Below are positions 1 to 8,095 of a DNA stretch of 64,000 bases, in pieces; positions within the stretch are counted from its first letter, which is position 1, and the number at the start of each line of letters is the position of its first letter. The position numbers and the translations under genes were made by a program. Under the pieces are notes generated by a model, which saw nothing but the letters and a program-made list of their open reading frames with translations, did not search any database and was not told where the DNA came from. Source of the stretch: Anaeromyxobacteraceae bacterium (lineage in GTDB: Bacteria; Myxococcota; Myxococcia; Myxococcales; Anaeromyxobacteraceae). The stretch spans positions 256,001 through 320,000 of the forward strand of contig JAULAX010000009.1 in the NCBI GenBank assembly GCA_032654565.1. The letters run 5' to 3'.

Positions 1-683
1 AGCGCCGCCGAGGCCTCGAGCCGCTCCACGTCGACCGGATAGTCGATGGCGTGGCGCCAGCTCTGGTCGTCGGTGGCGGTGATCCTCACGCCCTCGGCGG
101 CCAGGAAGCGGGAGAGGGTCCCGTCGCCGGCGGCGATCTCCAGGGCCGGTCGGTCACCCACCACCGCGGCGATGGCCCGCACCAGCTCCAGCGAGTAGAA
201 GCAGTAGATCCCCCGCGGCTGGACCAGCGGCATGAGGAGCCGCTTCTGCGTCACCAGCGGCCAGGTGAGGCGAAAGGCCCGCATGGGGACCGGCCTGCGC
301 TCCAGCCCCCGGGAGAAGAAGAGGGACTGGACCAGGAGACCGCTCCAGCGGCCGAAGCGGACCGGCCCCTCCTTCAGGCCGGTGGCGGCTGCCAGCAGGG
401 TCCGCTCCACGGCCAGCTTCGCCATGCGTGCTGCGGCCAGGTGGGGCAAGGCGGCCGCCAGCACCTCGGGGTTCCCGTGGCTCGCCGCCAGCCGGGCCTG
501 CTGCCGCATGGCGGCGGCCCTGGTCTGGTCCACCAGCGCCTCGAGGGCCGCTGCTGAGCCCGAGGAGGTGGCGGCCACCAGCGCCTCGCCGACGGAGCGC
601 CACTCCCCCGGGAAGCGCTCCATCAACTCGTCGAGCGTGGCCTGCTCGAGCTGGCGGCGCGGGTCGCGAGCGTGGCGGGCCAT
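1..683 (-). CDS. Hypothetical protein with SAM-dependent methyltransferase-like motif (partial; runs off the window start)
   Basis: Not in the ORF track. Manual translation from ATG at 683: MARHARDPRRQLEQ...GIYCFYSLELVRAIAAVVGDRPALEIAAGDGTLSRFL...ITATDD; LEIAAGDG resembles class I MTase motif I; frame open to position 1. Confidence 0.6.
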   Translation of the reverse strand, partial: MARHARDPRRQLEQATLDELMERFPGEWRSVGEALVAATSSGSAAALEALVDQTRAAAMRQQARLAASHGNPEVLAAALPHLAAARMAKLAVERTLLAAATGLKEGPVRFGRWSGLLVQSLFFSRGLERRPVPMRAFRLTWPLVTQKRLLMPLVQPRGIYCFYSLELVRAIAAVVGDRPALEIAAGDGTLSRFLAAEGVRITATDDQSWRHAIDYPVDVERLEASAA

Positions 684-751
684 GGCGGTCACGGTAACAC
701 GCGACCGGGCGCCGGCCCCAGGTGGGGCCTGGCTGAAGATGTCCCCGGATC

Positions 752-1921
752 GTGACGATGCTACGGGTGGTGAGCTCCCAGACCGACATCGTCCTCGGCA
801 TCGACCTGGGGACCAGCTTCTCGACCGCCGCGGCGCTGATCGACGGGAAGGTCCACTACGCCCTCGACTCCCGGGGCGAGGCCTGCATTCCCAGCGTGGT
901 CCACTTTCCCAAGTCGGGCCCTCCGCTGGTCGGGACCGATGCCGTTCGCATGCGGGACTCGGACCCGGCCAACACCGTCTTCGGACTCAAGCGGGTCATG
1001 GGCCGCACCGGCGACTCGGCTGCGGCCCGGGTGCTGGACGCGTCGGTCCCGTTCAGGCTGGTGGCGAAGCCCGGCGCCGAGGTGGCTGTCCAGGTTCGCG
1101 CCGGTACCCTCTCCGTCACCGAGGCGGTGTCGTTCATCCTCCGGCACCTTCGGGACCGGGCCATGGTGCGGTTCAACAGGCACGTCAGCAAGGCCCTGGT
1201 CACGGTGCCGGTGGCCGCGCCCGCCTCGGTCCAGGCGGCGGTGGTCCGCAGCGGCGCCATGGCCGGCATCGAGGTGGTGAGCCTGGTCCACGAACCGGTG
1301 GCGGGCGCCGTGGCGCGCGGAGCCAGCGGGGCGGCCAAGCCCTTCCTCGTCTATGACTTCGGCGGCGGAACCTTCGACGCCACGGTGGTCCGGGGCGACG
1401 GCCAGGGGCTCGAGGTCCTCTCCGCCGGTGGCGACGACTGCCTCGGGGGCGACGACTTCGACATGGCCTTCGCGCTCTGGCTGGCGAACGGGATCTACAG
1501 GACGCGCGGGCTGGACGTCACGCACGACGCCATCCTCTGGAGCAGGATCCAGCGCCACTGCGAGGTGGTGAAGAGGGCACTCTCAGCCTCGCCCGAGGTC
1601 CGCTTCCTGCTCAAGGACGCCTTGCCGGGGCGGGCCCCGGACCTCGACCTGCTGGTGCGGCGGGAGCACCTGGACGAATCATGGGGCGAGCTGGTGGGAC
1701 GTTCGCTGGAGGCGGCCACCGAGGCGGTGCGCCAGTCCCGGGTGGCCCCCGGCGGCCTGGCGGGCGTGCTCCTCATCGGGGGGACGACCATGGTGCCGCA
1801 GGTTCGCGCCGCCGTGGGGCAGGCCTTCGGCGGCCGGGTCGTCACCGAGGAGGACCCGCAGACCTCGGTGGCCCGCGGCGCCGCCTTGCTGGCCGCCCGG
1901 CCCCACCTCCTGGGCATCTGA
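752..1921 (+). CDS. Hsp70/DnaK-family protein, nucleotide-binding domain only
   Basis: GIDLGTSFS, VTVP, EPVAGA, VYDFGGGTFD, GGDDFD, LIGGTTMVP motifs; ends at 389 aa with no substrate-binding domain. Confidence 0.9.
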   Translation: MTMLRVVSSQTDIVLGIDLGTSFSTAAALIDGKVHYALDSRGEACIPSVVHFPKSGPPLVGTDAVRMRDSDPANTVFGLKRVMGRTGDSAAARVLDASVPFRLVAKPGAEVAVQVRAGTLSVTEAVSFILRHLRDRAMVRFNRHVSKALVTVPVAAPASVQAAVVRSGAMAGIEVVSLVHEPVAGAVARGASGAAKPFLVYDFGGGTFDATVVRGDGQGLEVLSAGGDDCLGGDDFDMAFALWLANGIYRTRGLDVTHDAILWSRIQRHCEVVKRALSASPEVRFLLKDALPGRAPDLDLLVRREHLDESWGELVGRSLEAATEAVRQSRVAPGGLAGVLLIGGTTMVPQVRAAVGQAFGGRVVTEEDPQTSVARGAALLAARPHLLGI

Positions 1922-1947
1922 TCGGCGCCGCGACCTGGCGCCGGCGA

Positions 1948-3348
1948 TCACGGCGCCAGCAGCTTGAGGATGGCCGGGTCCTTCTCCCCCTGGGCCAGGA
2001 TCGAGTGGCACAGGCCGCAGTCGCCGGAGATGACCTTGCCCTCGCGGGTGGCGTGCTCCCCGTCGTGGCAGCGGAAGCAGCCCGGCGCCTGCTCGTGCCC
2101 CACCAGCGTCGGGTAGGTGCCCCAGGTGATCTTCATGGCCGGCCAGACGTTGCGCCCCCAGATGGCGGCCAGCTCGATGGAGGCGGCGTCGAGGAGACGG
2201 GCCGCGTCGGCGCCCGGCGGGGGCGGCCGGCCGGCGTAGAAGTCGTGCAGCGCCCGCTCCAGCCCGGCGGCGGCCGCCTCCTTGCTGGGGTAGGCGACGC
2301 GCAGCGCCTTCAGCGCCTCGCGCCGCAGGAAGGGGAGCCTCGAGTCGAGCCGGCCCGCCACCAGCGCGGCGTCCACCTCGTCCTCCGGCGTCTTGTACAC
2401 GTGGCTGGGGCGGTTGTGGCAGTCGATGCAGTCCATCTCCCGCCAGCTCCCCTCGGCGGCCGGGGCGTCGGGGGCCATCCAGCGCCGCTGCCGGCCGTCG
2501 GCCAGGGTCAGCTCCACCCTGGAGATCTTCTCGCGCTTGTCGTCGGCCTGGTAGCGGAGCTTCACCCCCTGGTCGACGTGCCAGTGGATGCCGCGGGTGG
2601 TGACGCCCTCGGTCCCGCCGACGTGGACCAGCAGCACCGTCTTCAGCGGCGTGGAGGCGGCGTCCTCGGCGTGGCGGGTGATCACCTTGAGCCGGTCCCC
2701 CACCAGCTTGGTCGGCCAGTGGCACCGCTCGCAGGTGTCGCGGGCCGGGCGCAGGTTGTGGACCGGGGTGGGGATGGGGCGGGGGTAGAGGTCGAACATC
2801 ACCGAGGCCAGCTGCCAGGAGCCGGAGAGCTTGGACTTGACGAACCAGCTGGCGCCGGGCCCGATGTGGCACTCCACGCAGCTGACCCGGGCGTGCGCCG
2901 AGCGGGCGTGGGCCGAGGCCTCCGGGTCCATCACCGAGTGGCAGGAGCCGCAGAAGGCCGGCGAGTCCATCACCTCCAGCCCCTTGTAGGAGGCCGCCCC
3001 CAGCAGCAGCAGGTTGACGGTGGTGAGCGCCAGGAAGAGCAGGCCCAGCCGGCGGGTGCGCGGCGAGTTGAAGTCGATGACCGGGAGCGGCGTCTCGACC
3101 CCGCCGCTGGCCGCCAGCCGGACCAGCCGGCGCTGCTCCAGCCAGGCCCCGGCCGGGATGAGCAGCAGCCCCAGCACCAGCAGCGTGGGGAAGACCACGT
3201 AGGCCACCATCCCCAGGTACGGGTTCCCCTCGAAGCCGGCCAGCGAGGCCACGAAGAGCACCGTCACCAGCGAGCCGCTGACCGTGGCCAGCGCGGCGCC
3301 GGCCAGGCTCAGCGGGTGGCGCAGCAGGTCTGGTCCGGTGCGCTCCAT
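1948..3348 (-). CDS. Membrane-anchored multiheme c-type cytochrome (NapC/NirT-like N-terminal region), 6 heme motifs
   Basis: CGSCH, CVECH, CERCH, CIDCH, CFRCH, CGLCH; three N-terminal hydrophobic segments. Confidence 0.9.
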   Translation of the reverse strand: MERTGPDLLRHPLSLAGAALATVSGSLVTVLFVASLAGFEGNPYLGMVAYVVFPTLLVLGLLLIPAGAWLEQRRLVRLAASGGVETPLPVIDFNSPRTRRLGLLFLALTTVNLLLLGAASYKGLEVMDSPAFCGSCHSVMDPEASAHARSAHARVSCVECHIGPGASWFVKSKLSGSWQLASVMFDLYPRPIPTPVHNLRPARDTCERCHWPTKLVGDRLKVITRHAEDAASTPLKTVLLVHVGGTEGVTTRGIHWHVDQGVKLRYQADDKREKISRVELTLADGRQRRWMAPDAPAAEGSWREMDCIDCHNRPSHVYKTPEDEVDAALVAGRLDSRLPFLRREALKALRVAYPSKEAAAAGLERALHDFYAGRPPPPGADAARLLDAASIELAAIWGRNVWPAMKITWGTYPTLVGHEQAPGCFRCHDGEHATREGKVISGDCGLCHSILAQGEKDPAILKLLAP

Positions 3349-3426
3349 GTGCGTCCCTCCCCCGGCGGCTCGACGGCGAGCGGCCAGTCTATCGCGCCCG
3401 GGCCGGCTTCACGCTAAGCAATCGGG

Positions 3427-4206
3427 ATGGCGACCTTCACCCACATCGACACCGCCTGCGCACTGGTCGAGGTGGGCGGCTGGCGGCTGCTCACCGACCC
3501 GGTCTTCGACCCGCCCGGGCGGCGCTACCACTTCGGCTGGGGCGCCCTCTCCCGAAAGACCGGCGCGCCCGGCCTCACCCCCGAGGCGGTCGGCGCCGTC
3601 GACGCCGTCCTGCTCAGCCACCACCAGCACGGCGACAACCTCGACGCCGCCGGGGCCGCCTTCACCCGGGCGGCGCCGCTGGTGCTCACCACCCAGGCGG
3701 CCAGCCGCACCCTGCCGAACGCCCGCGGCCTGGCGCCGTGGGACGTCCACCTGCTCACGGCGCGCGGCCGCCACCCGCTGCGCATCACCGCCACCCCGGC
3801 GCAGCACCACCCGGGCTGGATGCCGGCCTTCGTCTCCGGCCCGGTGGTCGGCTTCGTGCTCGAGTCGCGGGCGCTGCCGCTCGGGCCGGTCTACGTGACC
3901 GGCGACACCGTGCTCTTCGACGGGGTCCGCCAGGTGGCCCTGCGCTACGCCATCGACACCCTGGTGATCCACGTCGGCGCCGTCCGCTTCCCCTGGCTCA
4001 CCGGTCCGGCCCGCTACAGCTTCGACGCCCGCGAGGCGGTGGAGCTGGCGCGGCTGGCCCGGCCCCGGCAGATCATCCCGGTCCACACCGGCGGCTGGAC
4101 GCACTTCCGGGAGGGGCCGGAGGAGCTGCGCCGGGCCTTCGCCGAGGCCGGCCTGGCCCAGCGGCTGCGGATCCCCGAGGCCGGGAAGGCCCTCGAGCTG
4201 GGATAG
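3427..4206 (+). CDS. MBL-fold metallo-hydrolase
   Basis: LLTDP, SHHQHGDNLD, TPAQH, TGDT, IPVH motifs. Confidence 0.85.
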   Translation: MATFTHIDTACALVEVGGWRLLTDPVFDPPGRRYHFGWGALSRKTGAPGLTPEAVGAVDAVLLSHHQHGDNLDAAGAAFTRAAPLVLTTQAASRTLPNARGLAPWDVHLLTARGRHPLRITATPAQHHPGWMPAFVSGPVVGFVLESRALPLGPVYVTGDTVLFDGVRQVALRYAIDTLVIHVGAVRFPWLTGPARYSFDAREAVELARLARPRQIIPVHTGGWTHFREGPEELRRAFAEAGLAQRLRIPEAGKALELG

Positions 4207-4296
4207 GCCAGGCGCCCCGAACGCCCACGAACGTTCGGCGCGGCGCCCGGGCCCGTCCACCGACAGCAACATCAACGAGGTGCGCGGGATGGCCGT

Positions 4297-4312
4297 GGGC
4301 GCGGCCGGTGCA
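4297..4312 (+). promoter_or_regulatory. Possible sigma54 (-24/-12) promoter for the BON gene
   Basis: GGGCGCGGCCGGTGCA has GG-N10-GC spacing about 40 nt upstream of the ATG; weak match to the TGGCAC half. Confidence 0.3.
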
Positions 4313-4350
4313 GTGGTTCACTGGCTCAAGCAGGCCCCAGGAGAACACAC

Positions 4351-4686
4351 ATGTCCAGACTCAGGTTGCCCGTGTCCAGCCTCGCCCGCATCGCCTTCTC
4401 GGGGACCGCGGCCCTCGCCTGCCTCCCCACCGCCCTGGCGGCTCCCACCGCCACCAGCGAGCGCGCCGGGGAGATGCTGGACGACACCGTCATCACCGCC
4501 AAGGTGAAGGCCGCCCTCCTCAACGAGCCGACGCTCAAGTCGTTCCAGATCAGCGTCAAGACCTACAAGGACACCGTCCAGCTGAGCGGCTTCGTCGACT
4601 CGGTGGCCAGCAAGCAGCTGGCCGGCAAGGTGGCCCTGGGGGTCAAGGGCATCGTCGCCCTGAGCAACGACCTGATCGTCAAGTAG
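4351..4686 (+). CDS. Exported single BON-domain protein (OsmY-like)
   Basis: Signal peptide; DDTVITAKVKAALL...VQLSGFV...VKGIVALSNDLIVK; GGAG SD upstream. Confidence 0.9.
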   Translation: MSRLRLPVSSLARIAFSGTAALACLPTALAAPTATSERAGEMLDDTVITAKVKAALLNEPTLKSFQISVKTYKDTVQLSGFVDSVASKQLAGKVALGVKGIVALSNDLIVK

Positions 4687-4742
4687 GCCCGGGGCCGCTC
4701 CACCCCTCCTTCACCGGCGGCCCTCCGCCCGGGGAGCACCAC

Positions 4743-5444
4743 ATGCTCGATTCCGACCGGAGGCCCGCCGCCTCCAGCTCCACCCGGCGCCTCGGCGCCC
4801 CCGCCGCCGGGCTCAGCCTGCTGCTGGGCGCGGTCGCCGGGTGCGCCGGCCCGATCGCCTCCCGCACCCCGACCCTGGTGTCGGAGTCCGACTACGCCCG
4901 CGTCCCCGACGACCGGGGCCAGCGCGTCGCCGCGGCGAGGCTGGAGCTGGCGGCCGCCCGCGACGCGCTCGGGCGCGCCAAGCTGAACTTCATCAACGAC
5001 GAGAACGAGGGGGACCTGGCCCGCTCCGACCAGGCGGCCGCCAAGGCCGACCTGAAGCGGGCCGCCTCCGAGACCAAGGCGGGCAAGGCCAGCAACGAGC
5101 CGGCCCTGAAGCAGCGGGCGCTCGACGACACCGCGGCGGCCCAGCTCGACAAGCGCGAGGCCGACACCCGCCTCGCCTACGCCAGGAAGCTCGAGGTCTC
5201 GCGCACCGCCCAGGTGGCGGCCGCGGAGCACAAGGTCACGCTCAGGGTCGAGCAGGTCAACCTGGCCAAGCTCCTGGCCATGGAGGAGGCCGGCGTCCCG
5301 GCCGCTGCCAGGTACGATCGGAAGGCGGCGCTGGAGCGCGTCGCCGAGACCCAGCGGGCCTTCGACGCCGCCCAGGCCCTCGCCGCCAGGGCCGCCAGGG
5401 AGACCGCCGCGGCCAAGGAGCAGCGGCCGCCGCCCGCTCCCTGA
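4743..5444 (+). CDS. Ala-rich coiled-coil lipoprotein, unknown function
   Basis: 3' part of ORF 3738..5444; ATG at 4743 after GGGGAG; lipobox-like VAGC; helical heptad-like body. Confidence 0.7.
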   Translation: MLDSDRRPAASSSTRRLGAPAAGLSLLLGAVAGCAGPIASRTPTLVSESDYARVPDDRGQRVAAARLELAAARDALGRAKLNFINDENEGDLARSDQAAAKADLKRAASETKAGKASNEPALKQRALDDTAAAQLDKREADTRLAYARKLEVSRTAQVAAAEHKVTLRVEQVNLAKLLAMEEAGVPAAARYDRKAALERVAETQRAFDAAQALAARAARETAAAKEQRPPPAP

Positions 5445-5467
5445 CCGGCCGTCGCCGCAGGCACCTC

Positions 5468-5508
5468 ACGGCCCCGGTCGACCCCGCGACGGGTCGGCGC
5501 GGGGCCGT
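5468..5508 (+). terminator. Hairpin/probable terminator after the lipoprotein gene
   Basis: ACGGCCCC...GGGGCCGT outer stem with an inner stem, followed by CCTCTTC. Confidence 0.45.
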
Positions 5509-5548
5509 CCTCTTCGCCCGCCGGGGTTTCGCCCCGCCGGGGCCGGCC

Positions 5549-5592
5549 AAGCAGAAGGCCCCACGACCGGGTGGTCGTGAGGCCTGGTCTGC
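5549..5592 (-). terminator. Probable intrinsic terminator of the ice-binding-domain gene
   Basis: Minus strand AGGCCTCACGACC-ACCC-GGTCGTGGGGCCT followed by TCTGCTT. Confidence 0.6.
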
Positions 5593-5625
5593 CGGCGCCC
5601 CTCGGGAGGGGCCACGCCGCCGCCG

Positions 5626-7335
5626 CTACGGGATGGTCAGGACGTTGCTCTGCAGCGTCACCGCGGTCTGCGCCAGCGCCCGGCCGTTCAGCGAGGCGCC
5701 GGAGGTGAGGGCGATCTGCGTCTTGGCCAGGATGGTCCCGGCGAAGGCCGCGGTGGTCCCCAGGGTGGCCTGGCCGCCCACCTGCCAGAAGACGTTCTTG
5801 GCCTGGGCCCCGCCGCTCAGCGTGACCTGGACGGCGTCGGAGACCACCAGGTCGATCGCCACCTGGAAGATCCAGACGTCGTTGGCCCCGCCCTGCAGCG
5901 TGATGCTGGTGGGGATGGCCAGGCCGGTGGACCACATGTAGAGGCCGGGGACCAGGACCATGCCGCCGATGCTGCCGGCGCCGTGCTCGGTGAAGTCGGG
6001 CGTGACGCGGCCGGCGGCGTCGGCGTAGGCGATCTCCATGTCACCCACCACGGTGGTCAGGAAGACCGGGTCGTTGATGGCGCAGGGCGACGGGCCGGTG
6101 GCGTCGACCACCAGGATCCGCCCGGTCACCTCCGGGCAGGTCAGGCCGGCGATGGCGGCCCCGTCGATGGGGCTGGTCCCGACGTCGCCGGTGACGGCCG
6201 AGGTGGGGACGTTGGTGATGCCGGTCTTGGAGAGGATGACGAAGGTGGTGGCGCTGCCCAGCGGGACGGGCGCCGGCCCCACGGCCGCCGCGGCGCTGGT
6301 GGTGAAGCTCCAGGTGTGCGCCGCGACCAGGGCGTTGCCGGCCAGGTCCTTGGCGCCGGTGGAGACGGTGGCGGTGTAGACGGTGCCGGCGGCGAGCGGG
6401 CTGGTCGGGACCAGGGTGGCCACGGCGCCGCTCGCGGTCACGGCGGCCGGGACGGCGGTCAGGCCCTGCGCCAGCGTGAAGGTGGCGGTGGTGAGGGTGG
6501 CGGCCTCGACGCCCTCGCTGAAGGTGACGACCACGCTCCGGTTGACGGCCACGCCGACGGCCAGGTTGGCGGGGTCGGTGGAGGCCACGGTGGGCGGGGT
6601 GGTGTCGGGCGCCACGCCGGTGGTGAAGCTCCAGGAGTGCGCCGCGGCCAGGGCGTTGCCGGCCAGGTCCTTGGCGCCGGTGGTGATGGTGGCGGTGTAG
6701 GTGGTGCTGAAGCCGAGGGCGGCGGCCGGGGTCAAGGTGGCGACCAGGCCGGCGTAGGTGACCGCGGCGGTGACCGGGGTGGCGCCCTGCGCCAGCGTGA
6801 CGGTGGACGAGGTGATCGAGGCCGGGGACATGCTCTCGCTGAAGGTGGCGGTGACGCTGCCGTTGACGGCCACCATGGTGGCGGCGTCGCCCGGGACGGT
6901 GGAGGCGACGGTGGGCGGGGTGACGTCGGGGGCCACGCCGGTGGTGAAGCTCCAGATGTGCGGGGTCGCCAGCCCGTTGCCGGCCAGGTCCCTGGCCCCC
7001 ACGGTGATGGTGGCGGTGTAGGTGCTGCTGGCCGCCAGGGCGGCGGTGGGAGCGAAGGTGGCGACGGCGCCGACCAGGGTGACGGTCCCGGCCACGGTCG
7101 CCGCGCCCTTCTTCACCGAGAAGGTGGTGGAGGTGAGGCTGGCGGCCGTCATCGGCTCGCTGAAGGTGGCGGTGACGTTGGCGTTGAAGGCCACCGAGGT
7201 GGCGGCGCTGGCGGGGACGGTGGAGCTCACGGTGGGGGCGGTGGTGTCGCCCGGCACCAGGGTGCTCTCGCCCTGGCAGCCGACGACGGCGGCGCCGAGG
7301 AGCAACGGCAGGAACCACAGCTTGGAGATCGTCAT
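5626..7335 (-). CDS. Lipoprotein with three bacterial Ig-like (Big_5-type) repeats and a C-terminal DUF3494 ice-binding-like domain
   Basis: Lipobox VVGC; 3x DTTxPTVxST...DLAGNxL...WSFTT; C-terminal FVILSKTGIT, LVPGLY, VWIFQV, AKNVFWQVG, GRALAQTAVTL. Confidence 0.9.
   Translation of the reverse strand: MTISKLWFLPLLLGAAVVGCQGESTLVPGDTTAPTVSSTVPASAATSVAFNANVTATFSEPMTAASLTSTTFSVKKGAATVAGTVTLVGAVATFAPTAALAASSTYTATITVGARDLAGNGLATPHIWSFTTGVAPDVTPPTVASTVPGDAATMVAVNGSVTATFSESMSPASITSSTVTLAQGATPVTAAVTYAGLVATLTPAAALGFSTTYTATITTGAKDLAGNALAAAHSWSFTTGVAPDTTPPTVASTDPANLAVGVAVNRSVVVTFSEGVEAATLTTATFTLAQGLTAVPAAVTASGAVATLVPTSPLAAGTVYTATVSTGAKDLAGNALVAAHTWSFTTSAAAAVGPAPVPLGSATTFVILSKTGITNVPTSAVTGDVGTSPIDGAAIAGLTCPEVTGRILVVDATGPSPCAINDPVFLTTVVGDMEIAYADAAGRVTPDFTEHGAGSIGGMVLVPGLYMWSTGLAIPTSITLQGGANDVWIFQVAIDLVVSDAVQVTLSGGAQAKNVFWQVGGQATLGTTAAFAGTILAKTQIALTSGASLNGRALAQTAVTLQSNVLTIP
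6290..7248 (-). repeat. Three tandem 321-bp (107-aa) Ig-domain repeats
   Basis: Repeat-initial Asp codons at 7248, 6927 and 6606 (exact 321-bp period); shared blocks such as GGCGTTGCCGGCCAGGTCCTTGGCGCCGGTG. Confidence 0.85.
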
Positions 7336-7526
7336 GTGAAGTACCTCTCGAACGGCATGGGTGGTCGGACGGCTGGTGCGGTGTCACGGTCGCGGTCGAG
7401 CCGGCGCCGGCCTGCGCCGCGGCGTGCGGTGCAGCGCGACGCCGCGAACTTCCGCTGGCGCGAGTCGGCGAGGAGCGGGGTGGAGCGGCACTTCGCCGAG
7501 TGCCCTCTCTTCGTGAGTGACCTCGT

Positions 7527-7542
7527 TGCACCCCCCGGGCCA
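7527..7542 (-). promoter_or_regulatory. Putative sigma54 promoter directed at the ice-binding-domain gene
   Basis: Minus strand TGGCCCGGGGGGTGCA = TGG-N10-GC. Confidence 0.5.
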
Positions 7543-7620
7543 GCGAGGCGGCCGGGCAGGACAGGCCCGATTCCAGGGGCCATGGGGTCGGCGCGACCGT
7601 CTCGGATGGCCCGGCCGGTC

Positions 7621-7663
7621 CCGACTCCATCAGAATCGATGGGCGAGTCGGTCGTTCTGATGG
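7621..7663. promoter_or_regulatory. Palindromic putative enhancer (bEBP upstream activating sequence)
   Basis: CCATCAGAA (7627-7635) / TTCTGATGG (7655-7663) inverted repeat, overlapping CCGACTC/GAGTCGG; lies between two divergent -24/-12 motifs. Confidence 0.5.
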
Positions 7664-7739
7664 GACGCGCCGGGGCCCGGGCCGGCGACGGGGTGCTGGA
7701 AGGCGCGGTGGCGCTGGCGATGGGTGGCCCCGGCGGATG

Positions 7740-7755
7740 TGGCCCGGGAGTTGCT
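7740..7755 (+). promoter_or_regulatory. Putative sigma54 promoter for the peptide/C39 peptidase operon
   Basis: TGGCCCGGGAGTTGCT, close to the TGGCACG-N4-TTGC(A/T) consensus. Confidence 0.7.
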
Positions 7756-7813
7756 CTTCTCCGCAGGCTGAGGCGCACAACGCCGCGCCGACCAACCACC
7801 AAAAGGATCGACC

Positions 7814-8095
7814 ATGATCACCGCTCGCCGCCTCGCCTCCCTCTTCATCGCCGCCGCCCTGTCCCTCGCCCTTCCCTTCGCCGCCCAGGCTGAGCCGACC
7901 GCCCCGGTGGAGACCAGCAGCGCCCGGCAGGAGCCGTCCGCCCCGGCCTCCGCCCCCGCCGGTGACGAGCAGTACGCCGGGCGCGAGGCCGCCAGCCAGT
8001 CGGCCGCGGACTTCAAGGGCGGCGACGCCATCATCATCACCAGCAGCGTCCTGGTCGTGGTCCTGGTCGTCGTCCTCATCCTCGTCATCCTGTGA
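7814..8095 (+). CDS. Small exported protein with double-glycine motif and C-terminal hydrophobic tail (putative peptidase substrate/precursor)
   Basis: AAGGA SD; signal peptide ending AQA; Ala/Pro/Ser linker; ...AADFKGG|DAIIITSSVLVVVLVVVLILVIL-stop. Confidence 0.75.
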   Translation: MITARRLASLFIAAALSLALPFAAQAEPTAPVETSSARQEPSAPASAPAGDEQYAGREAASQSAADFKGGDAIIITSSVLVVVLVVVLILVIL

